Shown: positions 1-15,500, numbered from the stretch's first letter. The stretch: DNA of 64,000 nt from Anaeramoeba ignava BMAN (GCA_028826165.1 JAPDFW010000074.1:361535-425534), one strand, 5' to 3'. Numbers and translations are program-made. Notes: generated by a model from the sequence alone, not told the origin.

Positions 1-858
1 AAATTAAATTATTTGAAATTAAATTATTTGAAATTAAATTATTTGAAATTATTTTAAATTATTTGGAAATTAAATTATTTGGAAATTAAATTATTTGAAA
101 TTAAATTATTTGGAAATTAAATTATTTGAAATTAAATTATTTGAAATTAAATTATTTGAAATTAAATTATTTGAAATTAAATTATTTGAAATTAAATTAT
201 TTGAAATTAAATTATTTGAAATTAATTTAAATTATTTTGGAAATTAAATTATTTGAAATTAAATTATTTGAAATTAAATTATTTGAAATTAAATTATTTG
301 GAAATTAAATTATTTGGAAATTAAATTATTTGAAATTAAATTATTTGAAATTAAATTATTTGAAATTAAATTATTTGAAATTAAATTATTTGAAATTAAA
401 TTATTTGGAAATTAAATTATTTGAAATTAAATTATTTGAAATTAAATTATTTGAAATTAAATTATTTGAAATTAAATTTGAAATTAAATTATTTGAAATT
501 AAATTATTTGAAATTAAATTATTTGTATTTAAATTATTTGAAATTAAATTATTTGAAATTAAATTATTTGAAATTAAATTATTTGGAATTAAATTATTGA
601 AATTTAAATTATTTTGAAATTAAATTATTTGAAATTAAATTATTTGTATTTAAATTATTTGAAATTAAATTATTTGGAAATTAAATTATTTGGAATTAAA
701 TTATTTGAAATTAAATTATTTGTATTTAAATTATTTGAAATTAAATTATTTGGAATTAAATTATTTGAAATTAAATTATTTGGAAATTAAATTATTTGGA
801 AATTAAATTATTTGGAAATTAAATTATTTGAATTTAAATTTTTTGGAATTAAATTGTT
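1..858. repeat. 15-bp tandem minisatellite (AAATTAAATTATTTG)n, probably filling an intron of the minus-strand gene
   Basis: More than 50 near-perfect copies. A minus-strand GT donor (ACAA|GTAAAC) lies at 861, next to the array. Confidence 0.9.
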
Positions 859-861
859 TAC

Positions 862-1564
862 TTGTGTTTTAATTAATTGAAGAAGTGATTTAATATCAGT
901 TGTTAAATCTAATAATAAATCAAAAAGTCCAAAATTGAAAAGAGTTTGTCTATTAAATTTTGATTCAACAAGAATTCGAAAAATTTCAAAAGATGAAGCA
1001 ATTTTAAATTTTGAACGAGAAGAAGATAAAAAATTTAAAATTGATTCATTTGAAGAACTTATAGAAATATAATCTAAATAAAGGAATAAAAAAAGAATAA
1101 AAAAAAAGGAAAATTATTTTGAATAAAAAAAATTAGTTTTTGATTTCTTACTTTTAATTAAATTTTTAAATTCTAAAAATATATTAATTATCATAACAAT
1201 AAATTCTTGAGAATGTCCACAATCATTTGCTACTGCTTCTTTAAGTTCTTTTTGTGAAAATTCAAATAAAAATTTTCCTCTTTTTTGTTTTGCATTTTCA
1301 CATTTAATTTTGACTTTTTCAGGATTCCAAGAACGATAACTTTGAAGAAATACTTCTGAAAAAGAATTAAACCATAAAAGATGTTCTTCCTAATTTTATA
1401 TTTTCAGATTGATGATTAATATTTGATTCATTTTGTGAATAAAAAGTTTAATTTCTTTTTAAATTTTGTTTGAAAATTTCTTTTTAAAAATATTTTTATA
1501 CTTTGGATTTATTTGGTTGTCTTTGTTGCCAAAGTGTTAATAATTTTGAATTTTTTGAAAACAT
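862..1564 (-). CDS. 5' part of an unknown multi-exon gene that runs off the window start
   Basis: ATG at 1564 (MFSKNSKLLTLWQQR...), preceded by four TCATTTT motifs. Coding-like segments, an intron at about 1074-1151 and a donor at 861. Frameshifts present; no family recognised. Confidence 0.45.
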
Positions 1565-1764
1565 AAAAATAACACAATTAAAAAATGAAAAAAAAATGAA
1601 AAAAATGAAAAAAATGAAAATAAAAAATAAAAATAAAATTAATTTTAATTTAAAATTTTTTCATTTTTGTTCCACTTTTTTTTAATTAAATTTATCAATT
1701 CAAAAAAAAAAAAGCAAAAAAAAAAATTATTTTCTTTTCGGTTTTTTTTCTTTTTTTTTCAAAA

Positions 1765-4700
1765 TTACACTTTATTAAAAACTGCTAAAGGAAAATATTT
1801 AGTTTGAGAATTCCATTGAGGTCTAATTGTTATTAAAGAAACTCCAGTCCAATCAATACTATCAATATTAACAACAAATCCTTTTTTATTATCAAGTGTT
1901 TTTGCTAATAATTTTGAAATTTGTAAAGCTCTTCTTTGATATTTTGTTTCTTTTTTACTTGATAAATTTCTTTTTTTATCTGTATAAACTGTTAATAAAG
2001 AAAAACTTTCTCCTGAAATTGGTAATTCATTTTGATCTAATTTTAATGCAAGTGCAATAGTTCTTAAAGGAGTAGCAACAACAAATTCCAAAGTAACATG
2101 TTTTGTTATCTAAAATAAATTAAGAATAAATAAATAAAATAAATTTTGTTCCACTTTTTTTATTTTAATTTTAATTTTAATTTTACTTTTTATCTTTTCT
2201 TTCTTTTTGGATTCTTTTTCTTTTCATCTTTCTCTTTTATTTCTTTTTATCTTTTTGATGTCTAACCCAATAATCAAGACTAACTCTAGGAGGTTCTGAA
2301 ACATGTTCATTTTGTTTTTCAAAATCTTTTTGTTCACCAATTTTCATTGATTTAAGAAATGGAATTGTTTTTTGAATTATTAATGAATCAGAATCTTCTC
2401 CTTTTATTGTTAAAAATGCTTCATTAATATTTAATAATGTTGTATATTTTCCTCCATATATATATTTATCCATTGATGAAACAATAAATTCTATTTCTTG
2501 ATTTGTAAATTTTTCTTGTTCATCAAATAAATTTTTCCAATTACTATGAATAAATAAAGTTCTATATTGTGAATCTAATGATGCAATATGAAGTGCAATA
2601 TCAATTTTCTTGCCTTTTTTAATTTTGATTTTATTAATAATTTTATTAATAATTTTATAAATAATTTTATAAATAATTTTATATTTAATTTTATTAATAA
2701 TTTTATATTTAATTTTATAAATAATTTTATATATAATTTTATAAATAATTTTATAAATAATTTTATAAATAATTTTATAAATAATTTCATAAATAATTTT
2801 ATAAATAATTTTATAAATAATTTTATAAATAATTTTATAAATAATTTTATAAATAATTTTTATAAATAATTTTATAAATAATTTTATAAATAATTTTATA
2901 AATAATTTTATAGTAAATTTATAAATATTTTTATATATAATTTTATAAATAATTTTATATATAATTTTATAAATAATTTTATATATAATTTTTATAATTA
3001 ATTTTATAATTAATTTTATATTTAATTTTATATTTAATTTTATAAATAATTTTATATTTAATTTTATATTTAATTTTATATTTAATTTTATAAATAATTT
3101 TTATATAATTTTATAAATAATTTTATATATAATTTTATAAATAATTTTATAAATAATTTTATATTTAATTTTATATTTAAGTTTATAAATAATTTTATAA
3201 ATAATTTTATAAATAAATTTATAAATAATTTTATAAATAATTTAATAAATAATTTTTATAATTAATTTTTAAGAAATAAATAATTTTATAATTAATTTTA
3301 TAAATAATTTTATATATAATTTTATAATTAATTTTATAATTAATTTTATATATAATTTTATATATAATTTTATAAATAATTTTATAAATAATTTTATATA
3401 TAATTTAATAAATAATTTTATAAATAATTTTATAAATAATTTTATTGTTAATAATTTTTTCCATTTAATTTTGAATATTTAATTTTATATTTAATTTTAT
3501 AAATAATTTAATATATAATTTTATAAATAATTTTATATATAATTTTATAAATAATTTTATATATAATTTTATATTTAATTTTATAAATAATTTTATAAAT
3601 AATTTTAAATCTACCTATTGGTAAAATATAAAATTTTATTAATTCAAGTGGTTTTTGAGTTTTTGATAAAATATCAACATATGAACGTAAAATTTCTGTT
3701 ATAAAAACATCAGATCCAAGAACAACAATTTTAAAAGGAGTTCTATTTGTTTTAATTTTTTGTTGATATTTTACAACTGTTGAAAATGTTTGTTGAATAT
3801 CTAAAAAATTTTGAATCCAAATTAATTTTCCTTGAAGAGATGATAAATTAATCCATGGTAATAATTTTTGAGTTCTTCTTTTTCCTGCTTTTAAAAGGAA
3901 TATATTTTCCACTGTTTTTGATGAATTAAATAAATTTTGTAATGTTCTTGTTACACTTTCAAAAGAAACTAAAAAATTGATTATTAATTTATAAATAAAA
4001 AAAGAACCAACAAAATAATAAATTAATAAATCCAACTTGTTTTCAATTTCAAATTTAAATTCAATAAAATCAATTTACTTAAAGGATAAGAATTTGCTGA
4101 ATTTGATTTTTTTAAACTAGATTTAAGTGATTTATTTTCTTCATTCATAAATTTTATAGGTGTTTCTGATTGTGATTCTTGTTCTATTTTTTCAGTTGAT
4201 TCATTTCCTTGTTTTTCTTGTTCAAGATTTTTTGTCAAATTTATTATTTCTTTATCACTTGAATCTTCTTCTTTTATCATTTGATTTAAATCATTATTTG
4301 ATTGATTTTGATTTTGATTTTGATTTTGAATTGAAATAATTTCATTTTCTTGTTTTCCTCCTTTCTTTTTAATTCCTTTTCTAAATCTTGCTCCAAATTT
4401 AAGTTTATTTCTTAATTTTCCAAATCTTTTCTTTTTTTGTTTTGGTTCAATTTGTGTTAATTCTGGACCTTCAATAAGATATTGTAAATCATCTGAATCA
4501 GAAGAACTAAATAATAATTTATTAATTTAATAATTTATTAATTTAATAATATTTAAAATATTTAAAATATTTTTTTTACTGTTTATCTTTTTCTTCAAAA
4601 TCTTCTCCATCAATATCATTAACTTCTTCATTTTGAATATTTAATAATGCTCCAATTTTTAAAGGTATTGTTACTACACGAATATTAATTTTAGCTCTTA

Positions 4701-6500
4701 AATTATTTGTATTTGGTTCTATTAATTTTAGTGATGAATCGAAAGTCATTTGTAACTAATTTTAATAAATTTTTAAAAAATAAATTTAATCAATTTTTGT
4801 TTTTAAAATAAAATTTAATCAATTTCTGTTTTAAAATAAATTTAATCAATTTCTGTTTTTAAAATAAATTTAATAAATTTCTGTTTTTAAAATAATTTTA
4901 ATAAATTTCTGTTTTAAAAATAATTTTGATAAATTTCTGTTTTTAAAATAAATTTGATAAATTTCTGTTTTTAAAATAATTTTGATAAGTTTCTGTTTTT
5001 AAAAATAATTTTGATAATTTTCTATTTTAAAATAATTTTGATAAATTTCTATTTTTAAAATAGTTTTGATAAATTTCTGTTTTAAAAATAATTTTGATAA
5101 ATTTCTGGTTTTGAAATAATTTTGATAAATTTCTGTTTTTAAAATAATTTTAATAAATTTCTGTTTTTAAAATAATTTTGATAATTTTCTGTTTTTAAAT
5201 AAATTTGATAAATTTCTGTTTTTAAAATAATTTTAATAAATTTCTGTTTTAAAAATAATTTTGATAAATTTCTGTTTTTAAAATAAATTTAATAAATTTC
5301 TGTTTTTAAAATAATTTTGATAAATTTCTGTTTTTAAAATAAATTTTGATAAATTTCTGGTTTTAAAATAAATTTGATAAGTTTCTGTTTTTAAAATAAT
5401 TTTGATAAATTTCTGGTTTTAAAATAAATTTAATAATTTTCTGTTTTTAAAATAAATTTGATAAATTTCTATTTTAAAATAAATTTGATAAATTTCTATT
5501 TTAAAATAAATTTGATAAATTTCTGGTTTTAAAATAATTTTGATAAATTTCTATTTTTGAAATAAATTTAATCAAATTTCTGTTTTTAAAATAATTTTGA
5601 TAATTTTTTGTTTTTAAAATAAATTTGATAAATTTCTGTTTTTAAAATAAATTTAATAAATTTCTGTTTTTAAATAAATTTGATAAGTTTTTGTTTTTAA
5701 AATAAATTTGATAAATTTCTGTTTTTAAAATAAATTTGATAAATTTCTATTTTAAAATAAATTTGATAATTACAACATCTGCAAGATTTATTTTACCAAT
5801 ACCAATTGTTGATTTTTTCTTTCCTCTTTTTTTTGTTCTTTGAAGATGAATATTTAATATATTATCTGAATACTAAAAAATATTAAAAAATTAAATTAAT
5901 TAATTAATAAATTAATAAATTAATTAATAAATAATTTTACTTTTAAATTGTGTAAATAACGAAAAGAAAAAACATAAGCAAGTTGATAAATAAGTTGAGA
6001 ATCATTTTCTGTAAAAGGTAAAATTAAATTTGAAGATTCTAATTTATTAGAAATATTTTTCTTATCATTTTTTGAAGGAGTTATAGTTATTGGAGTTGAT
6101 TTTCTTTGTTGTTTCATTGTTTGAATTGTTGTTTTTGTATTTTTATTTTGTTTTTGATTTTTTGATTCATTTTCTTCTTCTTGTTTAATTGGAATATGAA
6201 TTGCTCCAGTTGAAAGTTTACTCTTTCCTGAATCAATACTTAATGATAATTCTAAAGGTGAAGGAAAATCAAATTCTTCATTTAAAAAAATTTCTATTTT
6301 TATTTTTATTTTTTTTAATTTAAAATTTTAATTTAAAATTTTTTTCTTATTTTTATTTATTATTATTATTAACCAAGTAATGTTATTTTTGCAATACAAG
6401 TTCTTGGAACACAATGAGCTGGAATATCTTTAATATCTCCTTTTTTTATTCCTGAAAATAATTTTGTTTCAATTCCAACTTTTTGTTCTTCAGAATTCAT
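1765..6500 (-). CDS. PACS1: PACS-1-like phosphofurin acidic cluster sorting protein (multi-exon)
   Basis: Exons match remembered PACS motifs: HCVPRTC, FSFRYLHNLK, LQRTKK...GIGKINLADV, KIVVLGSDVFITEILRSYV...FYILPIG, SLDYWV, IDSIDWTGV...QWNSQTKYFPLAVF. Large introns at 2614-3614 and 4756-5773. Confidence 0.8.
2614..3614 (-). repeat. 1001-nt GT-AG intron filled with a ~12-bp repeat (AATAATTTTATA)n
   Basis: Donor GTAGAT at 3614 and acceptor AAAAAAG at 2614. Splicing joins ...ILPI-G-KKIDIALHIASLDSQY in frame. Confidence 0.85.
4756..5773 (-). repeat. 1018-nt GT-AG intron filled with a ~30-bp minisatellite (TTTGATAAATTTCTGTTTTTAAAATAAT-like)
   Basis: Donor GTAATT at 5773 and acceptor TTAG at 4756. 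Splicing joins INLADV-LQMTFD. Confidence 0.85.
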
Positions 6501-6708
6501 TTAAAAAAAAAATGAAAAAAATGAAAAAAATGAATTTAATTATTTAAAAATCAAGAAATTTTTCAAGTAATTCTTTTTGTTTTTTATGAAATTTTTATTT
6601 ATTTTTATTTAAAAATCAAAATTTAAATCATTTTTTTTAATTGTTAACCATTTTTTTATTTTTGATTTTATTTTGAATTTTTTTTGATTTTTTTCTTCAA
6701 TTTTTGTT

Positions 6709-9700
6709 TTAATAATTTTGATTTTGATTTTGATTTTGATTTAATTTTGATTTTGATTTTTGATTTTGATTTGAACGTTTGAATTTAATTGATTTGATTT
6801 TGATTTTTGATTTAGGTTTTGATTTAATTGATTTAATTGATTTTGATTTAATTGATTTAATTGATTTAATTGATTTTGATTTAATTGATTTAATTGATTT
6901 TGATTTAATTGATTTAATTGATTTTGATTTAATTGATTTTTGATTTTGAAATTGATTTAATTGATTTAATTGATTTAATTCATTTTGATTTAATTGATTT
7001 TGATTTAATTGATTTTGATTTAATTGATTTTGATTTAATTGATTTTGATTTTGATTTAATTGATTTAATTGATTTTGATTTTCATTCCCAAAATTAATTA
7101 AAGAATTTAAATCAATTCCAAAAAAATTTAAATCAAAATTTCCTAAATCAAAATGTTTTTCCTTTTTCAAATTCAAAATTTCAACATTTTTACAAACATC
7201 ACTTGCATAACAAATTCCTCCCATAGAAAAAATACAATGTTTAATAACAGAATTCCAAACAGAACTAGAATTTAAAACCTTTTGTCTTCCAACAATAATT
7301 AAATGATTTTTAGCTCTACTTAAAAGAACATTTAATCTATTTGGTGATTCAATAAAACCAAGATTTTCTGTTCTACAACAAGAAACAATACAAATTTCTT
7401 TTTCAGCTCCTTGAAAAGCATCAACTGTTGATATTTGAATTTGTTTCATTTCATTTTTTCCACTTTTTTTTATTATTATTATTTGTTTTTCTTTTTGTAA
7501 ATGTATTTTTTAATCCTAATATTCCTGTTGATTTTTCTTTTTTATTTTTCTTCTTTTCTTTTTCTGATTTTGATTTTGATTTCCCATTTTGAAATATTGT
7601 TAAAAGTTTATTGATTAATCTTGCTTGTTCTTTATATAAAGTGATTACACCAATTTTACTTGAACTAATATTTTCTTTCAAAAGCATTTCAATTAATCCA
7701 ATAATAATTTTAGCTTCATAAAAATTTCTATAACTTCCTGTCCAAGTTTTCTCTTCTTTTCCATTTTCAGAATCTAAGAAAAAAAGTGGTGGAAAATTAT
7801 TCACAATTGGTTTTCTTTGATTTGAGGAAATTCCATCTAATAAAGCTCCTTGATAAAATAAGTTATTACATATTTGACTAATTAAAGGATGACATCTATA
7901 TTGAGTTCTAAGCATAATTGGTTTATATTCATTTGCTGCTAATCTATCAAATAATGTTTTATATAAATTATCAATTTGATTTGAATCTTGATTAATTGAA
8001 TTTTGATTAATTGAGTTTTCTTTTAAATAATAATTTGTTTTATGATAATTTTCATTTCCTGCTAAATTTGGTGGTAATTGTAATGGATCTCCAAATAAAC
8101 ATAATCTTTCACATGAAAATTTTAAAATTGGAAGCATTGAAATTGGTTCAATCATTTGACTCACTTCATCAAGAACTATAATTGGAAATTTCCATCCAGA
8201 TAAAATAGGAAAATTTGTAGCAGCACATGTTGTTCCAACAACTCTTATTTTCTTCATTTTTTGATTGTATAAAATATGTGAATTATTCTTGATAAATTCA
8301 TATTCATCTAATGTTTTTTTAATTGATTCTAATTCATTCTCATCTTGATAATCTTCTTCTGAAATCATTTCTTTTAATTCTTTGATTGTTTCTTCAATAT
8401 CTTTTTTTTTCTCTCCTGATATTGTATATGGTAATATTTTTTTAGAAATTTTCTTTAAACTTCCTATTCTAATAAATTCTTCAAATCCAAGTTCAAGTAA
8501 TCCTTCTAATACTCTATCAACTGCAATATTAGTAATTGCACTAATCATAATTTTAATATGTTCTGATTCATTTAAGTTATCAAGAATTTCAATCATAAAA
8601 ATTATTAATATTGTTAATAAAAAACTTTTTCCTGAGCCAAATACTCCATGAACTAATACTATTGAATTTTCATAACTTTCTTTTTTAATAAACCATTTTG
8701 ATATTTTTTCTAATATTTCAATTTGATCTTCATTTAAATTATATTTTTTAATTGTTTCTATTTTTGATTCTTCAATTAAATCATTTGAAATTTGTTCAAA
8801 AGGAAATGAATAATTTTTTTGATTATTTGGAAATATTTTCCCTTCATATTGAATAGATTGAGTTTTAAAATTTGAAATTATTTTATGTGATTTTTTGTAA
8901 GCAATTTCTGATGGGAATTTAATTTTAGATTTCAAAGGTTTTTCATTTTCATTTTCTTCATTATTTTCATTTTCATTTTATTTTCATTTTCTATTTTCAT
9001 TATTTTCATTTTCATTTTCATTTTCATTTTCATTTTCATTTTCATTTTCATTTTCATTTTCTTGATTTTGATATTTCTTTAATATAAATTCAAGTAATGG
9101 AATATTTTCTTCTTTTATAATTTCTATATTATTAATTGCTGAAAATTCTGTTGATGCATTAAAACATTTAATTGCAAAAATATCTTTATATTTCTTATTT
9201 GGTTCAATTTCAAATAAATTTGGAAAATCTCCTATTGGTTCAAGTGTTACTAAACCTGATGTTCCAACTCCAAAAAATATACTTTTAGCAAAAAAAATAA
9301 AATCATCTTTTTGTTTAGGTTCAAAATTTTGAACATTAGAAATAACCCATAAATCATCTTTTGTATATTCAGCTCCATTAATTTGTTTTTTAACTTTTAA
9401 AAAAAATTGATTTCCTGTTGTTTGTTTAATAAAAGATGTATCTTTTTTTTCATCTTCACTTTCATCACTTTCTTCATCTTCACTTTCATCACTTTCTTCA
9501 CTTTCATTATTTTTACGTCTTTTTTGATTTCTTCTAAATTGTTTTTGTCTTTTTTTAAATGCTAAATTTCTTTTTTTAATCATTTTTGTAAATAATTTTG
9601 ATTTCTTTTCTTGTACATTTTCAATCTTTTTAAAAATTTCACAATTTGAATGAAATAAAATTTGATTTGAAAAGAATAATTTTTCAAGTTCAGGAAGATG

Positions 9701-10924
9701 AAGATTAAAAATACTTGAATAATTTGATTTATCTAAATTTGGAATTTCTTTCCTTTTTTTGATTTTAATTCCTTTGTTTTTAGAAGTAATATCACGATCA
9801 GCCCAAGCAAAAGCATCACAACAATCTGGATCTTTATGAGGTAATCTACAAGAATAAAAAAATCTTCCTTGATTTTCTCCTTCTTTTTTTACAATTTTAA
9901 TAACACAAGGTCCATGTTTACAACAAACAATATTTTCATCTTCTGAAACCCATTTAAGTTTACGAATTAATGAATAAAAAGACATTCCAATTTCAAGTAC
10001 TTTAATATTAATTTCCTCAATTAAAGAAGAAATGAAAATATTTTTATATTCTTCAAAATTTTCAAATTCTTGTGGTATTTTAATTTTTCTTTCTATTTTA
10101 GAATTAACTGGTAAATGAAAGCATTGATAACTTGTTGGGAATAAAAATTTAGATAATGGTCTAAAATAAATAAATATTTTTATATAAATTTAGTAAAGAT
10201 TATTGAAATGAATTAAATAATTTTTTTTTACCTAAATCCTTCATATAATTCTTCAATATTATTTTTTAAAGGAGATTTTAATATAATTTCATTTTGATTT
10301 TGATTTTGATTTTGATTTTGATTTTGATTTTGATTTTGATTTTGATTTTGATTTTGATTTTGATTTTGATTTTGATTTTGATTTTCATTTTGATTTTTAT
10401 TTTGATTTTCATTTTCATTTTGATTTTGATTGATTTTTTGATTTTTGATTTTCATTTTCATTTTCATTTTCATTTTCATTTTGATTTTCATTTGGTTTCT
10501 TTTTAAAAGGAACTGTAAATTTTTTTCTTTTGTTTTTTTGTCTTTTTTTTTCTTGAGAAGGTAAATTTAAAGAATTTAAAGAATTAAATATTTTTTGATT
10601 TGAATTATTTGAATTATTTTTTTTAGTAATAGAAGAAGTAGAAGTATTTTTAATAAGTTTTTCTTTAATTCCAGTTATAATAACAGAATAATGTAATAAA
10701 TAAATATTCTTTCCAATTTCAAGATCATCAGTTTTTTTTAACCAAGAACGTTCTAATTCTTCATCTTCATCATTAAAAAGTGTTACCTATTAATTTTATA
10801 AGTAAATTTATTTGATTTAATTAAATTTATTAATTATTACTCTTCTATTATTAATTTTAAGTATTCCTGTATTCCAAGATTTATGTTTTTTTTTAACATC
10901 TTTTGTAAAATCAACTTCAAACAT
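6709..10924 (-). CDS. ZGRF1: ZGRF1-like protein: DUF2439 + GRF zinc finger + UPF1/DNA2-like SF1 helicase
   Basis: N-terminal FTKDVKKKHKSWNTGILK; GRF finger CKHGPC...VKKEGENQGRFFYSC...C..FAWAD; helicase motifs HGVFGSGKS, LDEVSQ, GDPLQLPP, QYRCHP, TVDAFQGAEKE, RLNVLLSRAK. Split by small introns and homopolymer frameshifts. Confidence 0.85.
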
Positions 10925-11034
10925 TTTTTTAAATTTAAAAAAAAAGAAAAAAATAAAAATTTTAAAAATTCTTTTATATTGTTTGATTTTTTTTTTTTAT
11001 TTAATTTTTTTTAATTTTCTAAATTAATTTTTTT

Positions 11035-12516
11035 CTATTTTAAATTTATTTTCTTTTTCTCTATAAATTCTTGATATTTTTTTAATGCTTCATCTTTAGC
11101 AAAAGCATAATTAAAACTTTTTTTTGAAATTTCTTTTAATTCTTTTATTGAAAAATTTAAATAAAAACTAACATTTGCAAATTCTTTAGATAAAGAAGTT
11201 AAAAAAACACCTAAAACATTAAAAATTAAAATTAAAATTAAAATTAAAATTAAAATAAACATTAAAATCGGATAAAAATTATAATTAAAATTAAAATTAA
11301 AATTAAATTCGGATAAAAAATTAAAATTAAAATTAAATTTAAAAATTAAAATTAAAATTAAAATTAAAATTAAAATTAAAATTAAAATTAAAATTAAAAT
11401 TAAAATTATTAAAATTAAAATTAAAATTAAAATTAAAATTAAAATTAAAATTAAAATTAAAATTAAAATTAAAATTAAAATTAAAATTAAAATTAAAATT
11501 AAAATTAAAATTAAAATTAAAATTAAAATTAAAATTAAAATTAAAATTAAAATTAAAATTAAAATTAAAATTAAAATTAAAAATCGGATAAAAAATTATA
11601 ATTAAAAATTTGGATAAAAAATTTATAAACCTTGATCATCTGTACAAAATGAAATTGGATGATTTCTTTTATAAAATTCTTTTGCATGATGTTTTTCAAA
11701 ACTTGGAACAGATTCAGTTTTTACATTTGAAGTTAAACAAATTTCAACAGGAATTTTTGAATCAAATAATAAATTACGAATTTCATCATTTAAATAATTA
11801 GCATGACCTAATCTTTGAGGATTAAATTTTAACATTTGAATACTTTCTTCATAATCAATTTTTTCTGCAAAATGTAAAGTAATAAAAAGACCTAAATCTT
11901 TTGCTTTTTTTAAAACAGGAACAAAATCAATAAATTTATTTTTAAAAGGATTTCCAGCAAAATCAATTCCAATAATAACATCTTTTTGATTAATTTGTGA
12001 TATAATTTCAATAGTTTCATTTGCAATTTCTTTTGAATATGCTCTATTTATACTTAATATTAATTTAACAACAATTCCATTATTTAAATTTTTAGTTGTT
12101 TCTTTAATTGTTGATATAATTGTTTCAATATGTTCTTTTTTAGTTGCTTTTTCTTGATTTTCTGATGATTTCTTTAAAAAACGTGGAGTTGTTCTAAGCT
12201 CAAGATAAATACAATTATCATAATAAAAATCTTCAATTACTTCTTTTGTAATTCTTTTTATTTTTTCTAAATCATCAATTAATAAATATATTAAATCAAA
12301 TAATTTAAAACAATCACTAAGTGTTCTTTCACTTCCTTTTTCAAGAAGTTTTGTATCTTCTGGATTTATTTTGTTTTTTAAATTTGATTTTTCTATAAAT
12401 TCTTTAATTGTTGATTCTCTAATTGATCCATTAAGATGTGCATGAAGTTCTGCTTTTGGAATTTTTTTACATTTATTTAAAATTTGTTGAAAAGTTAAAT
12501 TATTATTCTTATTCAT
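11035..12516 (-). CDS. ADAL: Adenosine deaminase-like protein (ADAL/MAPDA type), two exons
   Basis: ELHAHLNGSI, YLELRTTP, TLHFAE, RLGHA, EICLTSN, CTDDQG|VF. Intron at 11211-11630. Confidence 0.88.
11211..11630 (-). repeat. 420-nt intron composed largely of (TTAAAA)n
   Basis: GT at 11630 and AG at 11211. Splicing restores DDQGVFLTSL. Confidence 0.85.
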
Positions 12517-12586
12517 TATTATTATTTATTTATTTTTATTTTTAAAATGAAAAAAATGAAAAATGAAAAAATGATTTTTTTAAATT

Positions 12587-15500
12587 TTAATTCTTTTCTT
12601 TTCTTTTATCAATTTCTTTTTGAATTTTAATAATTTTTTTATGAATTTTATCATTTTCAGATTTTAATTTTTGAGTATTTTCCATAAGATATTGCCAAGT
12701 TTGATTAATATTAAGAATTTTTTCATCAGAAGAATGTAAACCAGCTTCAGTCATTCCTTTCATATAAAGTCTAAATAAAATAAAAAATAAATTATTAAAA
12801 TTTAAATTAAAATTAAAATAAAAAATTCTTCACCTTTCCCAATAAGAAAAATGTCTTAAAAATGAACTTGGATATAATGATCCAGATATTGGTGAATAAA
12901 CTTGATTAAGATAAATATCTTTTCTTTGGTTCATATAAGTCCATAAAGAATAAGTATATTTAGATAATTCAAAATCATTTCTTTCTTTATCACAATTTCC
13001 CAAAAAAGTGCCAAATCTTAAAGAATAAACATGTTCAATAACTCCCAATAAGAAATCCTCATTAAACTCAAAAGCATTAGGATATTGTCTCCAAAATTGA
13101 TAAACACAATCCATCCATTGCAAGAAAACAGGAGATCTTTGTTTATCCTTTGATTTTTTATCAGCATGACCATGTCTTTGTGAAAATTTATGACCAAAAC
13201 TTAACCAATCCTTTTCAATTAAAACAATAAATCCATTAAATGTTCTGTAATAAGGATCCAATATTAATTCAGCAAGTGAACAAACTTGAGCTGTTCTATC
13301 CCAGCCATCAGAACAATGAACAAGAATAGAATATTTATCTTCAATATATTTAGCTGTTACTGTTGACCAATAAACAATTTTTTGTAAATGTAAAAACCAA
13401 TTTGTTTCTTCCAATTTAGTAAGCCATTTCTTATCATTAAGAACTGCATTTTGTGATATTTTGATTAGTTTCTTCAGAGATCCTCTCATAACATGAATAT
13501 TATCTATTCCTAAAAATGTTAATTTGCAATCGGAATAAAAATCTGTATTTTCAAATCCTCCTCCTTTAGCTTTATTAGTAACTGCATTTGCTTTTGGTCT
13601 ACAATCAAATATTTGGAGTTTAAATCCTTTACTATTAAGTTTTCTTATATTTTTTAATAATTTTTCATCATTTGCATTTCTTGAATCAGCAAATCCTTTT
13701 CATTTAAAATTTTTTTTTTTTCCGATTTTTAAAAATTTTTTCCGATTTTTAAATAATTTTTTTCTTTTTACCTGTTTTTGGTTGTGATGATCTACAAAGA
13801 ACAGCTTCACTATCTGGACTTTTCCAAGTTAAAACTGGTAATCTATTTTTTGTTCTGAATTTAGAACAATCTTTTATTTTCTGTTCCATTTTACTTGGAA
13901 AACCAAATATTCTTGGATAAGTAGGACAAAGAGAATAATCTTTATTTATATCATATATTCTCCAATCTCCAGATTCAAAAATTAATCCTATTTTAAAAAT
14001 TTAAATTAAAAAAATTTTTTAATTGAAAAAACCAATAAATTATTATAAAATTATTTTGATTTACCTTGTCTTTGATATTCTTTAACTGGATCATAAATTG
14101 ACCAACCTAAATCTTTTATTTCAGAGTTTTTATGAAAGAATGAAAATGTTTTACGAACATCTGAAATAAATGCTCTTTGGAAAATTTTAATAAAAATTTC
14201 TCTTCTACTATGATTTTCTTGAAGAAAATAAAAACGATAAGTTCTAAAATCTTTACAAACAACTTTAATTCCATATGAATATTCTTTTCGACTTTTTTGT
14301 CCTCCTATTTTTTCAGCTCTTTCAATAATTCCATGAGGAATATCTGGAAGTTCTTCACTTAATTGATTATTCTAAGAATATTTATTTTAATATTTTAATA
14401 TATAATATTTAATTTAATATTTAATTTTAATATTTATTTTAATATTTATTTTAATATTTATTTTAATATTTATTTTAATATTTATTTTAATATTTATTTT
14501 AATATTTATTTAATATTTAATTTAATATTTAATTTAATATTTAATTTTAATATTTAATTTAATATTTAATTTAATATTTATTTTAATATTTATTTTAATA
14601 TTTATTTTAATATTTTATTTTAATATTTATTTTAATATTTAATTTAATATTTTTATATTTAATATAATATTTTAATATTTTAATTTAATTTTTAATATTT
14701 AATTTTAATTTTAAAATTTAAATTTAATTTATTTTATTTTATTTTATTTAATTTAATATTTAATTTAATATTTAATTTAATATTTAATTTAATATTTAAT
14801 TTAATATTTAATTTTAATATTTAATTTAATATTTAATTTTAATATTTATTTTTAAATTTATTTATTTAATTTTTATTTATTGATTAAATTTAATATTTGT
14901 TCATATTTTTTAATATTTAATAATATTTATTTTAATTTTAAAATATTTAATTTAATTTTTTAATTTTAATATTTTAATTTAATAAAAATTTATATTTAAA
15001 TTTAATTTAATATTTAATTTATTTTAATATTTAAATTTATTTTTAATATTTAATTTAATAAATTTTAAATTTATTTTAATATTTATTTTAATATTTAATT
15101 TAATATTTATTTTAATATTTTATACATAAATAGATTCATCATCAGGTATAAAATATAATCTATAACTTGTTAATATAAGTTCTCCTAAAATATTTAATTG
15201 TGATTCTGTATTTTTTTTATTATAAATTATTGTAACATTTTTGCTGATTCAATTAATTGTTCATTTTCAATATGAATAACTTTTTTTTGAACTGATTTTA
15301 AAAAATGTGAATCTTTTGTTGCAACTTGAATAACTCCATCTAAAAATAATTTAAATTTATAAATACAATCCAATTCAATCCAATTTAATAAAGAAATAAT
15401 TTTGGAATTATAAATAAGGTATTTTTTTTTGATTAAATTATTTTTATTATTAAGAATAAAATACAGCTTAATTCATTTGGATTTTGATTTGAATTTTCAT

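Noticed and set aside
1-858. Telomere or CRISPR array at the window start
   Set aside because: No G-rich telomeric unit and no unique spacers; it abuts a splice donor and behaves as an intronic minisatellite.
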